From Spirochaetia bacterium (lineage in GTDB: Bacteria; Spirochaetota; Spirochaetia; UBA9216): DNA of 64,000 nt. A program made the position numbers and the translations under genes. Where the stretch lies: positions 2,048,001 through 2,112,000 of the forward strand of contig CAXXYH010000003.1 in the NCBI GenBank assembly GCA_963677925.2, written 5' to 3'. This document shows, piece after piece, positions 28,607 through 38,896 of this stretch (within the stretch, counting starts at the first letter, position 1; the number at the start of each line of letters is the position of its first letter). The notes beneath the pieces are model-generated. The model saw only the letters and a program-made list of their open reading frames with translations, searched no databases and was not told the DNA's origin.

Positions 28607-31030
28607 TTATCCCTGTTTCAGCGGATAACCCGCTTTTTCCAGTGCAGAAACGATTTTATCCTCAGCTTCCCGCAGGAATTCCGGGGTAAGGGTCTTTTCA
28701 CGGTCAATAAGCCAGGTTCTAAGCGTGACAGTTTTCTCTTTTTCAGAGAGCTGATAAACATCGGCTATTCTGGAATCTTCCAGTTCCTTAATCTTAATCT
28801 TTTTGACAACTGAAAGGATATCGGAAACCGGTGTATCATTACCGGTAACAACAGTACAGTCAAAAGTTGCGCCGGGGAACTTCGGTAAAGGCTTATACTT
28901 TGTCTTATCCTTAACTTCAACACCCATAAAATCTGTTATATCAAGAAGTGCAATTACCAGATTGCCCTTGATCTTAAACTTCCGGCACATCAGCGGATGA
29001 ACTGTGCCGATAAATCCGCAGGTCTTCCCCATAACCCTGATATCAAGATGCTCATAGGGATGGATACCTGTCCATTCTTCAGGAAGAAGAGGGTTCCGGA
29101 ACTTTGGATTAGGCTGCTGTATCTGGGCATTCAGACTGAGGTTCTCAAGAAGATCCTCCATCAGATTCAGGACATCCATAAAGGGAGATCCCTGCTTGTC
29201 GAAAAACATAATGCCGAACTGATGCCTATCTTCGCTGAAGTCCTTTTCATTTTCAAGGTAGCTGCGGCCCAGTTCAAAAAGCCTGAAAACAGGGTAGTTT
29301 TTCTGGTTAAGGGCAGCCTTCTCAAGAAAGGAAGGAATAATTGATGGCCGCATACGGTCAGTTTCGGGGCTGATGGCATTTGCAAGTACAAGGTTATCAT
29401 TCTTATTATGCCACTCGGCCTGCTCAAGAAGTTTTTCTCCGATAAGCGGATATGTGAAAATCTCAAGAGCCCTTCCGCGGTAAACCATAAAGTCCTGAAT
29501 TTTTCGTTCAAGAGTCTTGGCATTACTGAGCCTAACTGCAGTAATCTCATTGTGCGGGGCCAGGGGTACGAGTCTGTCATATCCGTAGATACGGCCGATA
29601 TCCTCTATAAGGTCTGCATCAACCTCTACATCCTTGGTTGCACGGAACGAGGGAACAGTGACTTTCAGTGAATCACCGGCATCCTCAATTACGTATTCAA
29701 GTGCAGTAAGAATTTCTGTAACTTCCTTTTTACCAAGCGATGTGCCGAGAATTGAGTTAACACGCTCGATTCTAAGATCTATTACAAGCGGAGGAGCAAG
29801 AGTAAGACCGTCGGTTACAAGTGAACCGACAACCTTTGCTTCAGGACAGCTTTCCTGCACAAGCTCAAGCAGACGAAGAACTGTCTTCTCGATCTGATGG
29901 CTGTCCAGTGATTTTTCATAGCGCTGTGACGCATCGGTTCTGAGTCCGAGTCTTGTGGATGTATGCCTGATTCTTTCGGGTTTCCAGTTGGCCACTTCGA
30001 TGAAGATCCTTGAAGTCTCAGGCTTTACACTGCTGGTTAGACCGCCCATGATACCGCCGATTGATGAGGGACCGGCCTCATCACATACCATTGTATCTGA
30101 AGGAATCATCTTTCTTTCCATCTCATCAAGAGTAATGAAAACTGATTCTTCACGGTTCTCACGCACGATAATTTTTCCGCCGTTGATTGTATCGCGGTCA
30201 AACATATGGTTGGGCATACCAAGCTCAAGCATTACATAGTTTGAGATATCAACTATATTATTGATAGGACGCATTCCGCATGCAAGCAGTCTGCGCTGCA
30301 TCCAGGACGGACTTGATTTAACAGTTACATTATCAACACTCAGGCCGCTGAAGCCGAGGCACGCAGTATCCTTTTCAACAGTAATGCTTACCGGAGATTT
30401 TTGGTCATTATAAAAGCCGCGCATTTTCTTAAGCCATTCATCAGAGAAAGGTTTGGCAAAAGGCTTGCCGAATGCGGCTGAGAACTCTCTGGCCATGCCG
30501 TAATGACCCCAGAGATCAGGCCGGTGCGTAATTGATTTATTGTCTATATCAAGAAGAACATCGCGCTTGAGATCCATATACTCTTCAAGGCTCTTTCCAA
30601 CAGGCGCATCAGCGGGAAGCTCCAGCAGCCCCTCGTGTCCGTCACCCAGACCCAGCTCATCCTCGGCACAGAGCATTCCTTCGCTTAAAATACCGCGGAT
30701 TTTCTTGGGTTCAAGAGTAAAGTCGCCGGGCAGGGTTGTACCTACAGGAGCAAAGGGAACTTTCAGGCCTACTGCTACATTGGGTGCACCGCAGACAACC
30801 TTATGGGTACCGTTTCCGGTGTTGAAAGTTACAAGGTTAAGCTTGTCAGCCTCGGGATGAGCCTCGATTGCGGTAATCTCAACAACCTTTACATCCTTCA
30901 TATGTGAATTGGTTTCTTCAACGCCCTCAACTTCGCATGTAGACAGGGTGAACTTTACACCCAGCTCCTGTGCCGTAAGGTCGGATGGAATTTCAACAAA
31001 ATCTTTTATCCAGTCTAAACTTATCTTCAT
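28607..31030 (-). CDS. pheT: Phenylalanine-tRNA ligase beta subunit (bacterial type)
   Basis: 807 aa with OB-fold B2 (HPEADKL, VCGAPNV, SEGMLCA), INNIVDISNYVMLELG, DLIEDIGRIYGYD and C-terminal FDX-ACB domain. Confidence 0.97.
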   Translation of the reverse strand: MKISLDWIKDFVEIPSDLTAQELGVKFTLSTCEVEGVEETNSHMKDVKVVEITAIEAHPEADKLNLVTFNTGNGTHKVVCGAPNVAVGLKVPFAPVGTTLPGDFTLEPKKIRGILSEGMLCAEDELGLGDGHEGLLELPADAPVGKSLEEYMDLKRDVLLDIDNKSITHRPDLWGHYGMAREFSAAFGKPFAKPFSDEWLKKMRGFYNDQKSPVSITVEKDTACLGFSGLSVDNVTVKSSPSWMQRRLLACGMRPINNIVDISNYVMLELGMPNHMFDRDTINGGKIIVRENREESVFITLDEMERKMIPSDTMVCDEAGPSSIGGIMGGLTSSVKPETSRIFIEVANWKPERIRHTSTRLGLRTDASQRYEKSLDSHQIEKTVLRLLELVQESCPEAKVVGSLVTDGLTLAPPLVIDLRIERVNSILGTSLGKKEVTEILTALEYVIEDAGDSLKVTVPSFRATKDVEVDADLIEDIGRIYGYDRLVPLAPHNEITAVRLSNAKTLERKIQDFMVYRGRALEIFTYPLIGEKLLEQAEWHNKNDNLVLANAISPETDRMRPSIIPSFLEKAALNQKNYPVFRLFELGRSYLENEKDFSEDRHQFGIMFFDKQGSPFMDVLNLMEDLLENLSLNAQIQQPNPKFRNPLLPEEWTGIHPYEHLDIRVMGKTCGFIGTVHPLMCRKFKIKGNLVIALLDITDFMGVEVKDKTKYKPLPKFPGATFDCTVVTGNDTPVSDILSVVKKIKIKELEDSRIADVYQLSEKEKTVTLRTWLIDREKTLTPEFLREAEDKIVSALEKAGYPLKQG

Positions 31031-31040
31031 AGTCTTTCCC

Positions 31041-32084
31041 CTAGTACGCCTTGAACTGTTCTGAGAACTTCAGATTTCCGGAATGCAGATGTCTCACATC
31101 ATCGATGTGATATCGCATCATTGTCAGACGGTCGATACCCAGACCGAAGGCAAAACCGTTCCATTTATCCGGATCAATACCGCCGGTCCGGAGAACATTC
31201 GGGTGAACCATTCCGCAGCCCAGGGCCTCAACCCAGCCTACCTGCTTGCAGACTGAACATCCCTTTCCGCCGCAGAGCAGGCACTCATAATCAAGCTCAA
31301 ATCCGGGCTCAACAAAGGGAAAGAACCCCGGCCTTAATCTTACCTTGATTTCCTTCTTGAAAATCTCGGAAAGCAGTGTTCTAAGAAAGTGAATCATGTG
31401 CGGTACAGAAATGTCCTTGCCGACCATCATGCCTTCAAGCTGATGAAAAGCCGCCTCATGACTTGCATCCAGAGTTTCACAGCGGAAAACCTTGCCCGGG
31501 CCTACAAATTTAAAAGGAGGATCCTTAAGTTCCATACCCCTGATCTGAATGTTCGATGTATGGGTTCTAAGAAGATGCTTCATATCCTTGAACCAGAAGG
31601 TATCCTGCATATCGCGCGCAGGATGCGATTCCGGAATATTAAGCGCTTCAAAATTGTAGTATTCATTTTCAATATGAGGACCGTCAAGGATGTCAAACCC
31701 CATGGAAAGAAAGATATCCTCAAGCTCTCTTGTAACCTGGGTCAGAGGATGCAGTCCTGCAGCCTGCTGGCCGAGATCCTTTATGCGGTTTGTCCAGCTT
31801 ATATCCTGGCGCTGCTTTGCGAGTTTCTGGTTAATTTCTTCGATTTCAACTGCCTGGGTCCGCTTGTCTATGGCATCAAGCATTTCCTGCTTTACCTCGT
31901 TGGCTTTTGCACCGAAGGTTTTCTTATCTTCAACAGAAAGATCCCGCATTCCGCTCATCAGACCATTCAGTTTTCCCTTCTTTCCCAGATAATCAGCCTT
32001 GAACTGGGCGATATCGGGCAGCGAAGCAACGGAATTTATCAGTGAGTCGAACTCTTTCTTGACTTCTTCCAGTTTCTGAAGCAT
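31041..32084 (-). CDS. pheS: Phenylalanine-tRNA ligase alpha subunit (bacterial type)
   Basis: NFEALNIPESHPARDMQDTF, LRTHTS, FHQLEG, FPFVEP and GFAFGLGIDR motifs. Start MLQKL with SD AAGGAGA. Confidence 0.97.
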   Translation of the reverse strand: MLQKLEEVKKEFDSLINSVASLPDIAQFKADYLGKKGKLNGLMSGMRDLSVEDKKTFGAKANEVKQEMLDAIDKRTQAVEIEEINQKLAKQRQDISWTNRIKDLGQQAAGLHPLTQVTRELEDIFLSMGFDILDGPHIENEYYNFEALNIPESHPARDMQDTFWFKDMKHLLRTHTSNIQIRGMELKDPPFKFVGPGKVFRCETLDASHEAAFHQLEGMMVGKDISVPHMIHFLRTLLSEIFKKEIKVRLRPGFFPFVEPGFELDYECLLCGGKGCSVCKQVGWVEALGCGMVHPNVLRTGGIDPDKWNGFAFGLGIDRLTMMRYHIDDVRHLHSGNLKFSEQFKAY

Positions 32085-32159
32085 TTCATGTCTCCTTATT
32101 TTCATGGGCATGATCGACATTAAACATTTACCAATGCCTGAAATTACATCAGCATCAAT

Positions 32160-32196
32160 AAAAAAAAAAGCGGATTCCCCTGTTCGAGGAACCCGC
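32160..32196 (-). terminator. Attenuator terminator of the pheST leader
   Basis: Minus strand GCGGGTTCCTC-GAACA-GGGGAATCCGC followed by a T10 tract, upstream of pheS. Confidence 0.85.
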
Positions 32197-32214
32197 TGTC
32201 ATACCCTGTTGTTT

Positions 32215-32304
32215 CTATTGCAGAGATAACCGGTGCCCCTCATTGGCTGAGTTGCTAAAGCTAAAAAAGTAAAAAAAGCTGTAAGTGGTTTTCCGATTAT
32301 CCAT
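32215..32304 (-). CDS. Phe-rich pheST leader peptide (PheM-like), 29 aa MDNRKTTYSFFYFFSFSNSANEGHRLSLQ
   Basis: Manual translation; five TTT codons within seven codons; located between the promoter and the terminator upstream of pheS. Confidence 0.85.
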   Translation of the reverse strand: MDNRKTTYSFFYFFSFSNSANEGHRLSLQ

Positions 32305-32313
32305 GTTTACTCC

Positions 32314-32341
32314 ATTATATCTGCGGCGGGAGTTTAGTCAA
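32314..32341 (-). promoter_or_regulatory. sigma70 promoter of the pheST leader
   Basis: Minus strand TTGACT-N16-TATAAT. Confidence 0.7.
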
Positions 32342-32360
32342 GATAGAATTTTTCAGAGAG

Positions 32361-32420
32361 TTTCTTGCCACGAATGGGAAGCTGGTATGCGCAGGGCAGA
32401 GATTTGCACGGATTAGGGAT
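32361..32420 (+). repeat. Diverged ~55-bp repeat, left copy (inverted relative to 45957-46020)
   Basis: Its reverse complement ccctaatccgtgcaaatctctgccctgcgcataccagcttcccattcgtggcaaga aligns by eye with 45957-46019 (16/24 and 16/22 matches in two blocks). Confidence 0.55.
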
Positions 32421-32522
32421 TGGAGGTAGCAAGCTCTGAGTGTCTTTGAAGGTATATTGTAGACGTTTGTGTTAACTATGCCTTATTATGGTTTTATTAT
32501 TATAAAAATGGAGAGGGAAGAA

Positions 32523-32960
32523 ATGAATCTAAAAGAAACCGGGATAAACAAGTTTAAGGAAGGATACAACTGTGCCCAGTCTGTATTGTTCAGCCTTCGT
32601 GAGTATACAGGCCTGACCGAAGATCAGTCCCTGAAAATAGCGACCGGATTCGGATCAGGTATGGGCAGGACCCAGAATGTCTGCGGTGCGGTATCCGGAG
32701 GGATACTGGCTCTTAATCTTATTTTCGGCAGAGGCAGCAAAGATGAAAAGGAACAGCAGGAATTAAACTATCTGAAGATAAGAGAGCTGATTTCGAATTT
32801 TGAAGAAAAAAACAGCACCATAATCTGCAGGAAACTTCTTGACGGCTGCAACCTCTTATGCGATGAAGGCCAGCAGCGGTTTAAATCTGAGAATATGGTC
32901 GAACAATGTCACGGCTATATTGCTGATGTAATAGGGATAGTTGATGGGATTATTGAATAG
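32523..32960 (+). CDS. C_GCAxxG_C_C family putative redox-active protein
   Basis: GYNCAQSV, GFGSGMG, VCGAVSGG and IICRKL motifs. Start MNLKE. Confidence 0.85.
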   Translation: MNLKETGINKFKEGYNCAQSVLFSLREYTGLTEDQSLKIATGFGSGMGRTQNVCGAVSGGILALNLIFGRGSKDEKEQQELNYLKIRELISNFEEKNSTIICRKLLDGCNLLCDEGQQRFKSENMVEQCHGYIADVIGIVDGIIE

Positions 32961-33031
32961 ATGAACAGCTTAACAGCATTAGTGAAAAAAATTATAATAA
33001 TGCTCTGTAAACAATAAATTAAGGAATTACA

Positions 33032-33556
33032 ATGAAAATTCGAATAATAGCCATACTTCTTCTTATCCTTATAGCTTCATCAGCCTGCGCAGAAACCATC
33101 AGCGCCCGCCAGCAGCACCAGGACGGAAGCTGGGGAGATATAGTGATTGAACTTAATTATGATGAAAATGTCAGCAGCAATATTCTGGAGACCTCATTGG
33201 GAGAAGGAGCCCCGACAGCCTCCGAAGCCGGTTACAAACAGGCATTGGCCCTTCGTTTTGTTCAGTATAATGCGGAAGAAGAAGGATGGTACTACTTACC
33301 TGCTGAACAGGGAGGCCTTCAGGTTATTTTATCAGCTGATCCGTATGATAAAGAAAAGGGCATATTAAAAACTGCAACTGATTACCATATTGTTGTCGGA
33401 TGGGATTCTGTGAATCAAATCCCTCAGTATGGAGCACTAATTAACATAGCTCCTATGGATCCTGTTACCGAAGAAGACGGGACTTCTATTGAATGGTCTG
33501 CCCTAACCTTACAAACACAGGATGGTGCAGAATTCTTTGTCTGCTTTGCTGATTAG
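33032..33556 (+). CDS. Secreted acidic hypothetical protein
   Basis: Signal peptide MKIRIIAILLLILIASSACA; SD AAGGA; no recognised domain. Confidence 0.65.
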   Translation: MKIRIIAILLLILIASSACAETISARQQHQDGSWGDIVIELNYDENVSSNILETSLGEGAPTASEAGYKQALALRFVQYNAEEEGWYYLPAEQGGLQVILSADPYDKEKGILKTATDYHIVVGWDSVNQIPQYGALINIAPMDPVTEEDGTSIEWSALTLQTQDGAEFFVCFAD

Positions 33557-33581
33557 GATTTTGTATCAGATCGGAATTTGT

Positions 33582-35630
33582 TTAAACATTCGTATATTTC
33601 TTAAAAAACTCAAATCCCTGTGAGGTGAGCTTGGTTCCGCCCCGACCTTTTAGTATTTTCACAAGCCCCTGATCCTGCATCTTTTCAAGCAGAGATCGTA
33701 TCCTGACTTCAGACAGAAATTCATTTCTTTTCCTCGACATTTCCGCAATATAACGCCGACCTGCAGTCTTATTCTCCTCAGCAGACTTATAAAGGATTTC
33801 GAGTATGGACAAAACCTCGGTCTTATCTTTTTCATCTGTTATCATAACATTTTTTTTACTCGCAGCATTTTCATCATAGCTGAAGGAAGGCTCGGGATTA
33901 TTAATCTGTAGAAACGGAATATCATTTATCGTAATCCGGGGTTTCCTCAGGTTTTTAAAATATTCTATGTAGTTGTGAAGTTCCCTTATATTCCCATCCC
34001 ATTCATGATTGTATAACTGTTCAAAAGCATCGGGATCAATCTTAAAATCCACTTTAAATTGATTTTTGAACTCTTCAATTAGAAGGGAGATATCATTTCT
34101 CCTGGCTCTGAGAGCCGGCAGTTTCAAGGTAATGACATTGAGCCGGTAGTACAGATCTTTTCTAAATTTATTTTCTTTTATCAGTTCCAGAACATTGCAG
34201 TTTGTAGCCGCAATTACTCGTATATCAATACTGATTACCTGATTACCTCCTACATGAGTAACCTCTTTCTCCTGCAGGACCCTTAACAGTCTGGCTTGAA
34301 GATGTGCAGGCATTTCTCCAATCTCATCTAAAAAGATAGTTCCTGTATGTGCAAGCTCAAATAAGCCCTTTTTTCCTCCGCGTTTTGCACCGGTAAAGGC
34401 TCCTTCATCATACCCGAACAGTTCACTTTCAAGCAGACTTTCAGCAACAGCCGCACAGTTTATAGCAACAAAGGGTGCATTTCTTCTTGCAGATTCATTA
34501 TGAATTGCTTGTGCAAACAGCTCCTTGCCTGTTCCGCTTTCCCCTATCAGCAGTACAGAAGAATCAGAGGCTGCATTCTGAGCTCCGATTTTTTTCAGCT
34601 TCTGCATCTCTTCATTTCCCGTGACAATATCACTGAAAAAATACTTTGCCGTATATCCCTTCCCGGCTATCTGATTTTTTGCGGAAGGTATACCCACAGC
34701 ATTCTGATGTATGCGCTCCAGAGTCATATAACATATTTTGGTCGAACTGACATACCCGATATTTATATCAACAAGAAGATCCTGACCATTGAGGTTTATC
34801 TGCTTTTTTCTCTGCGGTTTAAGATCTCTTATAGTTTCTTTCAGCTGGGGATCTGAAAATAAAGTCATTATATTCTCTCCGATAACAGCTTCTTTTCGAT
34901 ATCCGAGAATCTTCTCTGCAGCATTGTTGAAGTTAAGAATGATACCGCCCGGACTGAAGCCGATAATACCGAATCTGTAATTAGATATAAAAAAATCATT
35001 CATACTGAAAGGGTTAAGCCTGTGATCAGTCTGGGGCATATAGTTCTGAGGCATTATCTGGCTGCAATATTCTTTCATCTTTTCAGTGATAAAAAGTTCT
35101 TCTTTATTTAAGTAAATCAATATATTTACAATAGTACTGATATCAAAAACTCTTTTTCCGATATCAATAACCTTATCAACCCATTTGGGAATGTACTGAT
35201 TCTCTCCCGGGGTGATCGCAAGATCAATATCCTTCACATTATCAAGGTATGGGGAATACGGCACCAGTTCTATATGCCGGGCTCCGAATCGGTATATCTG
35301 TTCAACACACTCAACCGCCATCCCGAAAGTTGCATTCACAATCAAAGCCTGTGTCCCTTGAGGAAGTTTCTGAATTTGAGTGAAACTTGCTTTCTTAATT
35401 GTAAGGTTCGGAATCATAATCTGAACATCTTTCGATATATATTTTTTAGTTAAGTCAAATAATTCAAAGGCAGATAATATTGCAAGATCAGCATTAATCG
35501 GAGTGTTTATATTATCTTCCTCAACACTGTATTTTCTAATTTTTACAACATTCTGCAGGACATCGATCAATATATTAAAATATAAATCAGCGGCATCAAT
35601 CGAATATGTTAGAATTGCAATCTCTTTCAT
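33582..35630 (-). CDS. sigma54-dependent enhancer-binding transcriptional activator (PAS-AAA+-wHTH)
   Basis: [36 protein letters not shown] and FRKDLYYRL motifs; C-terminal winged HTH (GRGGT). Confidence 0.93.
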   Translation of the reverse strand: MKEIAILTYSIDAADLYFNILIDVLQNVVKIRKYSVEEDNINTPINADLAILSAFELFDLTKKYISKDVQIMIPNLTIKKASFTQIQKLPQGTQALIVNATFGMAVECVEQIYRFGARHIELVPYSPYLDNVKDIDLAITPGENQYIPKWVDKVIDIGKRVFDISTIVNILIYLNKEELFITEKMKEYCSQIMPQNYMPQTDHRLNPFSMNDFFISNYRFGIIGFSPGGIILNFNNAAEKILGYRKEAVIGENIMTLFSDPQLKETIRDLKPQRKKQINLNGQDLLVDINIGYVSSTKICYMTLERIHQNAVGIPSAKNQIAGKGYTAKYFFSDIVTGNEEMQKLKKIGAQNAASDSSVLLIGESGTGKELFAQAIHNESARRNAPFVAINCAAVAESLLESELFGYDEGAFTGAKRGGKKGLFELAHTGTIFLDEIGEMPAHLQARLLRVLQEKEVTHVGGNQVISIDIRVIAATNCNVLELIKENKFRKDLYYRLNVITLKLPALRARRNDISLLIEEFKNQFKVDFKIDPDAFEQLYNHEWDGNIRELHNYIEYFKNLRKPRITINDIPFLQINNPEPSFSYDENAASKKNVMITDEKDKTEVLSILEILYKSAEENKTAGRRYIAEMSRKRNEFLSEVRIRSLLEKMQDQGLVKILKGRGGTKLTSQGFEFFKKYTNV

Positions 35631-35654
35631 AACCTTCTCCGGACTATTATCTTA

Positions 35655-35690
35655 ATGGATTTACAGGATCCATATAATCCCAATAATCCC
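35655..35690. promoter_or_regulatory. Candidate enhancer (UAS) for the sigma54 activator
   Basis: ATGGAT-N7-ATCCAT palindrome (35655-35673) plus a tandem ATAATCCC repeat (35674-35681, 35683-35690) upstream of the -24/-12 promoter. Confidence 0.4.
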
Positions 35691-35742
35691 GGAAATATTG
35701 AAAAACACACAATATTAGACAGGTTTTCCGAGTTTTTAAGTA

Positions 35743-35758
35743 TGGCATGAAAATTGCA
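35743..35758 (+). promoter_or_regulatory. sigma54 (-24/-12) promoter
   Basis: TGGCATGAAAATTGCA with GG-N10-GC spacing, divergent from a bEBP gene. Confidence 0.9.
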
Positions 35759-35837
35759 TTTATTAATCCGAGTACTCAATTAAATAGCTGCAGTTTCAGC
35801 GTTTCAGATTAAAATAAACTAAGGAGAAATATAAATT

Positions 35838-37250
35838 ATGTCCGCTGTGAAAACAAAACCTCAGCATAAGGTAGCCGAAACATACGGAGGCCTGCTTGGG
35901 GGAATAATGCCTCTTCTTGTAATGATCCTGACCATGATAATACTTGCTGTAAACGGCATGCGCTCTACAAGCAATTTCTGGAGTGCCGGTTTCCTTGCCA
36001 TGATTGTAGGCTTCTTTGTCTATAAAGATAAAAAGAAATTTCAGGAAGCCATCATCTCCGGTGTAAGGGACAAGATTTTCGGGATAATGCTTTTAATATT
36101 CCTGTTAGCAGGTGTGCTTTCAAAAATTCTCTCAGCTTCCCATGTAGTCCAGGGAATGCTATGGGCCGCATCCAAGATCAATCTCTCACCAGGTCTCGTA
36201 CCTTTGATTTGCTTTTTCATCAGTGCACTCCTGTCAACCTCAACGGGAAGCGCGGCGAGTTCAGTAGGCACTCTGACACCGATAATGGTTCCCATGGCTA
36301 CCGCAATGGGGGGACACCCCGGTGTAGTCTGCGGAGCAATCCTGTCCGGAGCCGCTTTTGGAGACAACCTTGCCCCTGTTTCGGATACAACAATAGCTTC
36401 CTCTCTGACACAGGAAGTAAGTGTTATAAAAGTTGTAAAATCAAGATTAAAATATTCACTCATCGGCGGAGCCGCTGCAGCCCTGATTTTCCTGTTTGTC
36501 GGAATGCAAACCGTCGATTCTTCAGTTGTACAGAGTATAACTGCTGATTCTACATATGCATCAAGTCTTGTCTTTTTGGTTATTCCTGTACTGATTATTG
36601 TGTTGATGCTGAATAAAGCAAACTTTTTTACAGCACTGATAATAGCTGAACTGCTCGGAGTAGCTATGCTCTTTGCGTTCGGATACACAAGCTTTTCAGA
36701 ACTTGTTTCAAGAGACGGTCTGATAGCCTTAGGGTTCAGCGGAATGACCGGTTCCATAATATTTATTCTGTTCATCTTTATTGTAGTCAGTCTGATAAGA
36801 GATGCGGGAGTATTAGATGCACTTCTAAATGGTATGCGCAAATATGCGAAGTCAGAGAAAACCGCAGAAATTGCATCAGGAGCTATGGTAAGTGTAATGA
36901 GTATTGCCATAAGCAGCGGAACATCTGCAATAACATTCTGCGGCCCGATCATCCGAAGCCTCATGCGTCCATTCAGAATAGACAGAGCAAGAGCAGCTAA
37001 TTTCCTGGACGGTCTCGGATGCGGTGTCGGATACCTGGTTCCTACAAATGTGGGATGTATGGTTCTTGCATCTCTAGCCGTCGCCAGCGGATCTGTAGCG
37101 GAAGGATTCAGCCCTTTTGACTTTGTATACTTTAATTTTTACAGTATGGCTCTTGTCGTAGTGTACTGGTTTGCAATCCTGTCAGGATGGGGAAGAAAAC
37201 ACGAAACAGATGAAGAACTAGCTGCCGACGGTATTATCGTCGCAGAATAA
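35838..37250 (+). CDS. NhaC-family transporter (probable amino-acid/thioether uptake)
   Basis: Many TM helices; STGS and GAILSGAAFGDNLAPVSDTTI signature. Confidence 0.85.
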   Translation: MSAVKTKPQHKVAETYGGLLGGIMPLLVMILTMIILAVNGMRSTSNFWSAGFLAMIVGFFVYKDKKKFQEAIISGVRDKIFGIMLLIFLLAGVLSKILSASHVVQGMLWAASKINLSPGLVPLICFFISALLSTSTGSAASSVGTLTPIMVPMATAMGGHPGVVCGAILSGAAFGDNLAPVSDTTIASSLTQEVSVIKVVKSRLKYSLIGGAAAALIFLFVGMQTVDSSVVQSITADSTYASSLVFLVIPVLIIVLMLNKANFFTALIIAELLGVAMLFAFGYTSFSELVSRDGLIALGFSGMTGSIIFILFIFIVVSLIRDAGVLDALLNGMRKYAKSEKTAEIASGAMVSVMSIAISSGTSAITFCGPIIRSLMRPFRIDRARAANFLDGLGCGVGYLVPTNVGCMVLASLAVASGSVAEGFSPFDFVYFNFYSMALVVVYWFAILSGWGRKHETDEELAADGIIVAE

Positions 37251-37315
37251 ACATCAACTACAAAGGGCGGATTAAATTAAATATCCGCCTGATCTTAATA
37301 TGGAGATGCCAGAAA

Positions 37316-37696
37316 ATGAAGTATAAAATTGAGACAGAAAAGGCACCAGCAGCAATTGGTCCTTATTCACAGGCTGTCGGAATAGGGAATTTGATATTCG
37401 TGTCCGGCTCATTGCCTGTAAATCCTGAAAACAGTGAAATACCGGAATGTATTACCGAGCAGACAAAGCTGTCATTAAATAATTTAAAAAACGTCGTTGA
37501 GAGCGCAGGCGCCGAAATTGGAGACATCTGTAAAACCACTGTCTTTTTAAGTGACATGAAGAACTTTGCAGAAATGAACAGCGTTTATATGGATTTTTTT
37601 AAAAACACAATATTTCCGGCGCGCTCAGCAGTGGAAGTATCCCGTCTGCCGAAGGATGTACTTGTAGAAATAGAAGCTATAGCATGGAAAAATTAA
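37316..37696 (+). CDS. ridA: RidA (YjgF/YER057c/UK114) enamine/imine deaminase
   Basis: APAAIGPYSQA, KTTVFL, FAEMN, PARSAVEV and LPKDVLVEIE motifs. Confidence 0.9.
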   Translation: MKYKIETEKAPAAIGPYSQAVGIGNLIFVSGSLPVNPENSEIPECITEQTKLSLNNLKNVVESAGAEIGDICKTTVFLSDMKNFAEMNSVYMDFFKNTIFPARSAVEVSRLPKDVLVEIEAIAWKN

Positions 37697-38892
37697 TGAA
37701 GCAATATGATTTTGAAACTGTAATTGAACGATATAATACCGGAAGCTCAAAATGGGATGAAATGGAAACCGTCAAAACCCTTCAGAAAGATATCATCCCC
37801 TTTTCACTTGCAGATATGGAAATTCTGAATCCTCCGGAAATTATATCTGGATTAAAAAAGTACCTCGATTCAACTGTACTGGGCTATGGACATGCTACCG
37901 GCGAGTATAAAAATGCAGTAAAAGACTGGATGCATAGAAGACATGGCTGGGAAATAGATACAGCCTGGCTGAAAGATTCACACGGCGTAATTAATGCCTT
38001 TTTCACTGCTGTTAAAGCTTTTTCCAAAGAAGGTGAAGGGGTAATGCTGATGACCCCGGTATACTACCCGATGTATTATGCAATTAAGCGGAACAATCGC
38101 AGACTTGTGGATACCAAACTCATACAAAAAGAGAATACCTATGAAATCGATTTCATCGATTTTGAAAAAAAGGCGTCTGAACCTGATACCAAAATACTGA
38201 TATTATGCAGTCCGCATAATCCTACAGGTAGAGTTTGGACTATAGATGAATTAACCAAAATTGGCCGTATCTGTCTGGAAAACGACGTTATTGTTGTTGC
38301 CGATGAAGTTCATAACGATATAATCATGCCCGGTTTCCGGCACACAGTATTTGCTTCCATTTGTGAGGAATTTGCAATGAATTCCATCACGTGCACGGCC
38401 CCCAGTAAGACCTTCAATCTTGCCGGACTGCAGACAGCCAATCTGATTATTCCGAATGAAAAGATTCGTGATACTTACTGGCAGGAAGTAATGACTACAG
38501 AAGGTAATCCAAAATGCACTACGCTGGGAATGGAAGCATGCCGTTTAGCCTATGAGAATTGTGAAGATTGGCTTGAACAGGTTTTAACACTGATTGATAC
38601 CAATCGCGAAATAATAAGCAGCTTTTTTTCTCAGGAATTTCCCGAAATTAAAGTATACAAACTCGAAGGGACCTATCTTCTGTGGATGGACTTCAGGGAA
38701 CTTGGTATCGAATCACGGAAACTGGCCCGGCTGTTGAAAGAGGAGGCTAATCTCTTTTTTGATGACGGCTTTATATTTGGTGAACAGGGTGAGGGATTCG
38801 AAAGATGGAACCTGGCATGCCCGACAAAATATATATATGCGGCAATTGAACGGCTTAGAAAAACATTACTTAAAATAAAATCGGCAGGGTAA
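37696..38892 (+). CDS. MalY/PatB-family PLP-dependent C-S lyase (cystathionine beta-lyase-like)
   Basis: SSKWD, ADM, LCSPHNPTGRVW, DEVH, APSKTFNLAGL and GTYLLW motifs; TAATG overlap with ridA. Confidence 0.9.
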   Translation: MKQYDFETVIERYNTGSSKWDEMETVKTLQKDIIPFSLADMEILNPPEIISGLKKYLDSTVLGYGHATGEYKNAVKDWMHRRHGWEIDTAWLKDSHGVINAFFTAVKAFSKEGEGVMLMTPVYYPMYYAIKRNNRRLVDTKLIQKENTYEIDFIDFEKKASEPDTKILILCSPHNPTGRVWTIDELTKIGRICLENDVIVVADEVHNDIIMPGFRHTVFASICEEFAMNSITCTAPSKTFNLAGLQTANLIIPNEKIRDTYWQEVMTTEGNPKCTTLGMEACRLAYENCEDWLEQVLTLIDTNREIISSFFSQEFPEIKVYKLEGTYLLWMDFRELGIESRKLARLLKEEANLFFDDGFIFGEQGEGFERWNLACPTKYIYAAIERLRKTLLKIKSAG

Positions 38893-38896
38893 TATA

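Noticed and set aside
32085-32341. T-box riboswitch upstream of pheS
   Set aside because: No TGGNACC T-box motif or specifier stem; the leader peptide explains the region.
37265-37290. Terminator between nhaC and ridA
   Set aside because: The GGGCGGAT/ATCCGCCT stem has no U tract; more likely an mRNA-stabilising hairpin.
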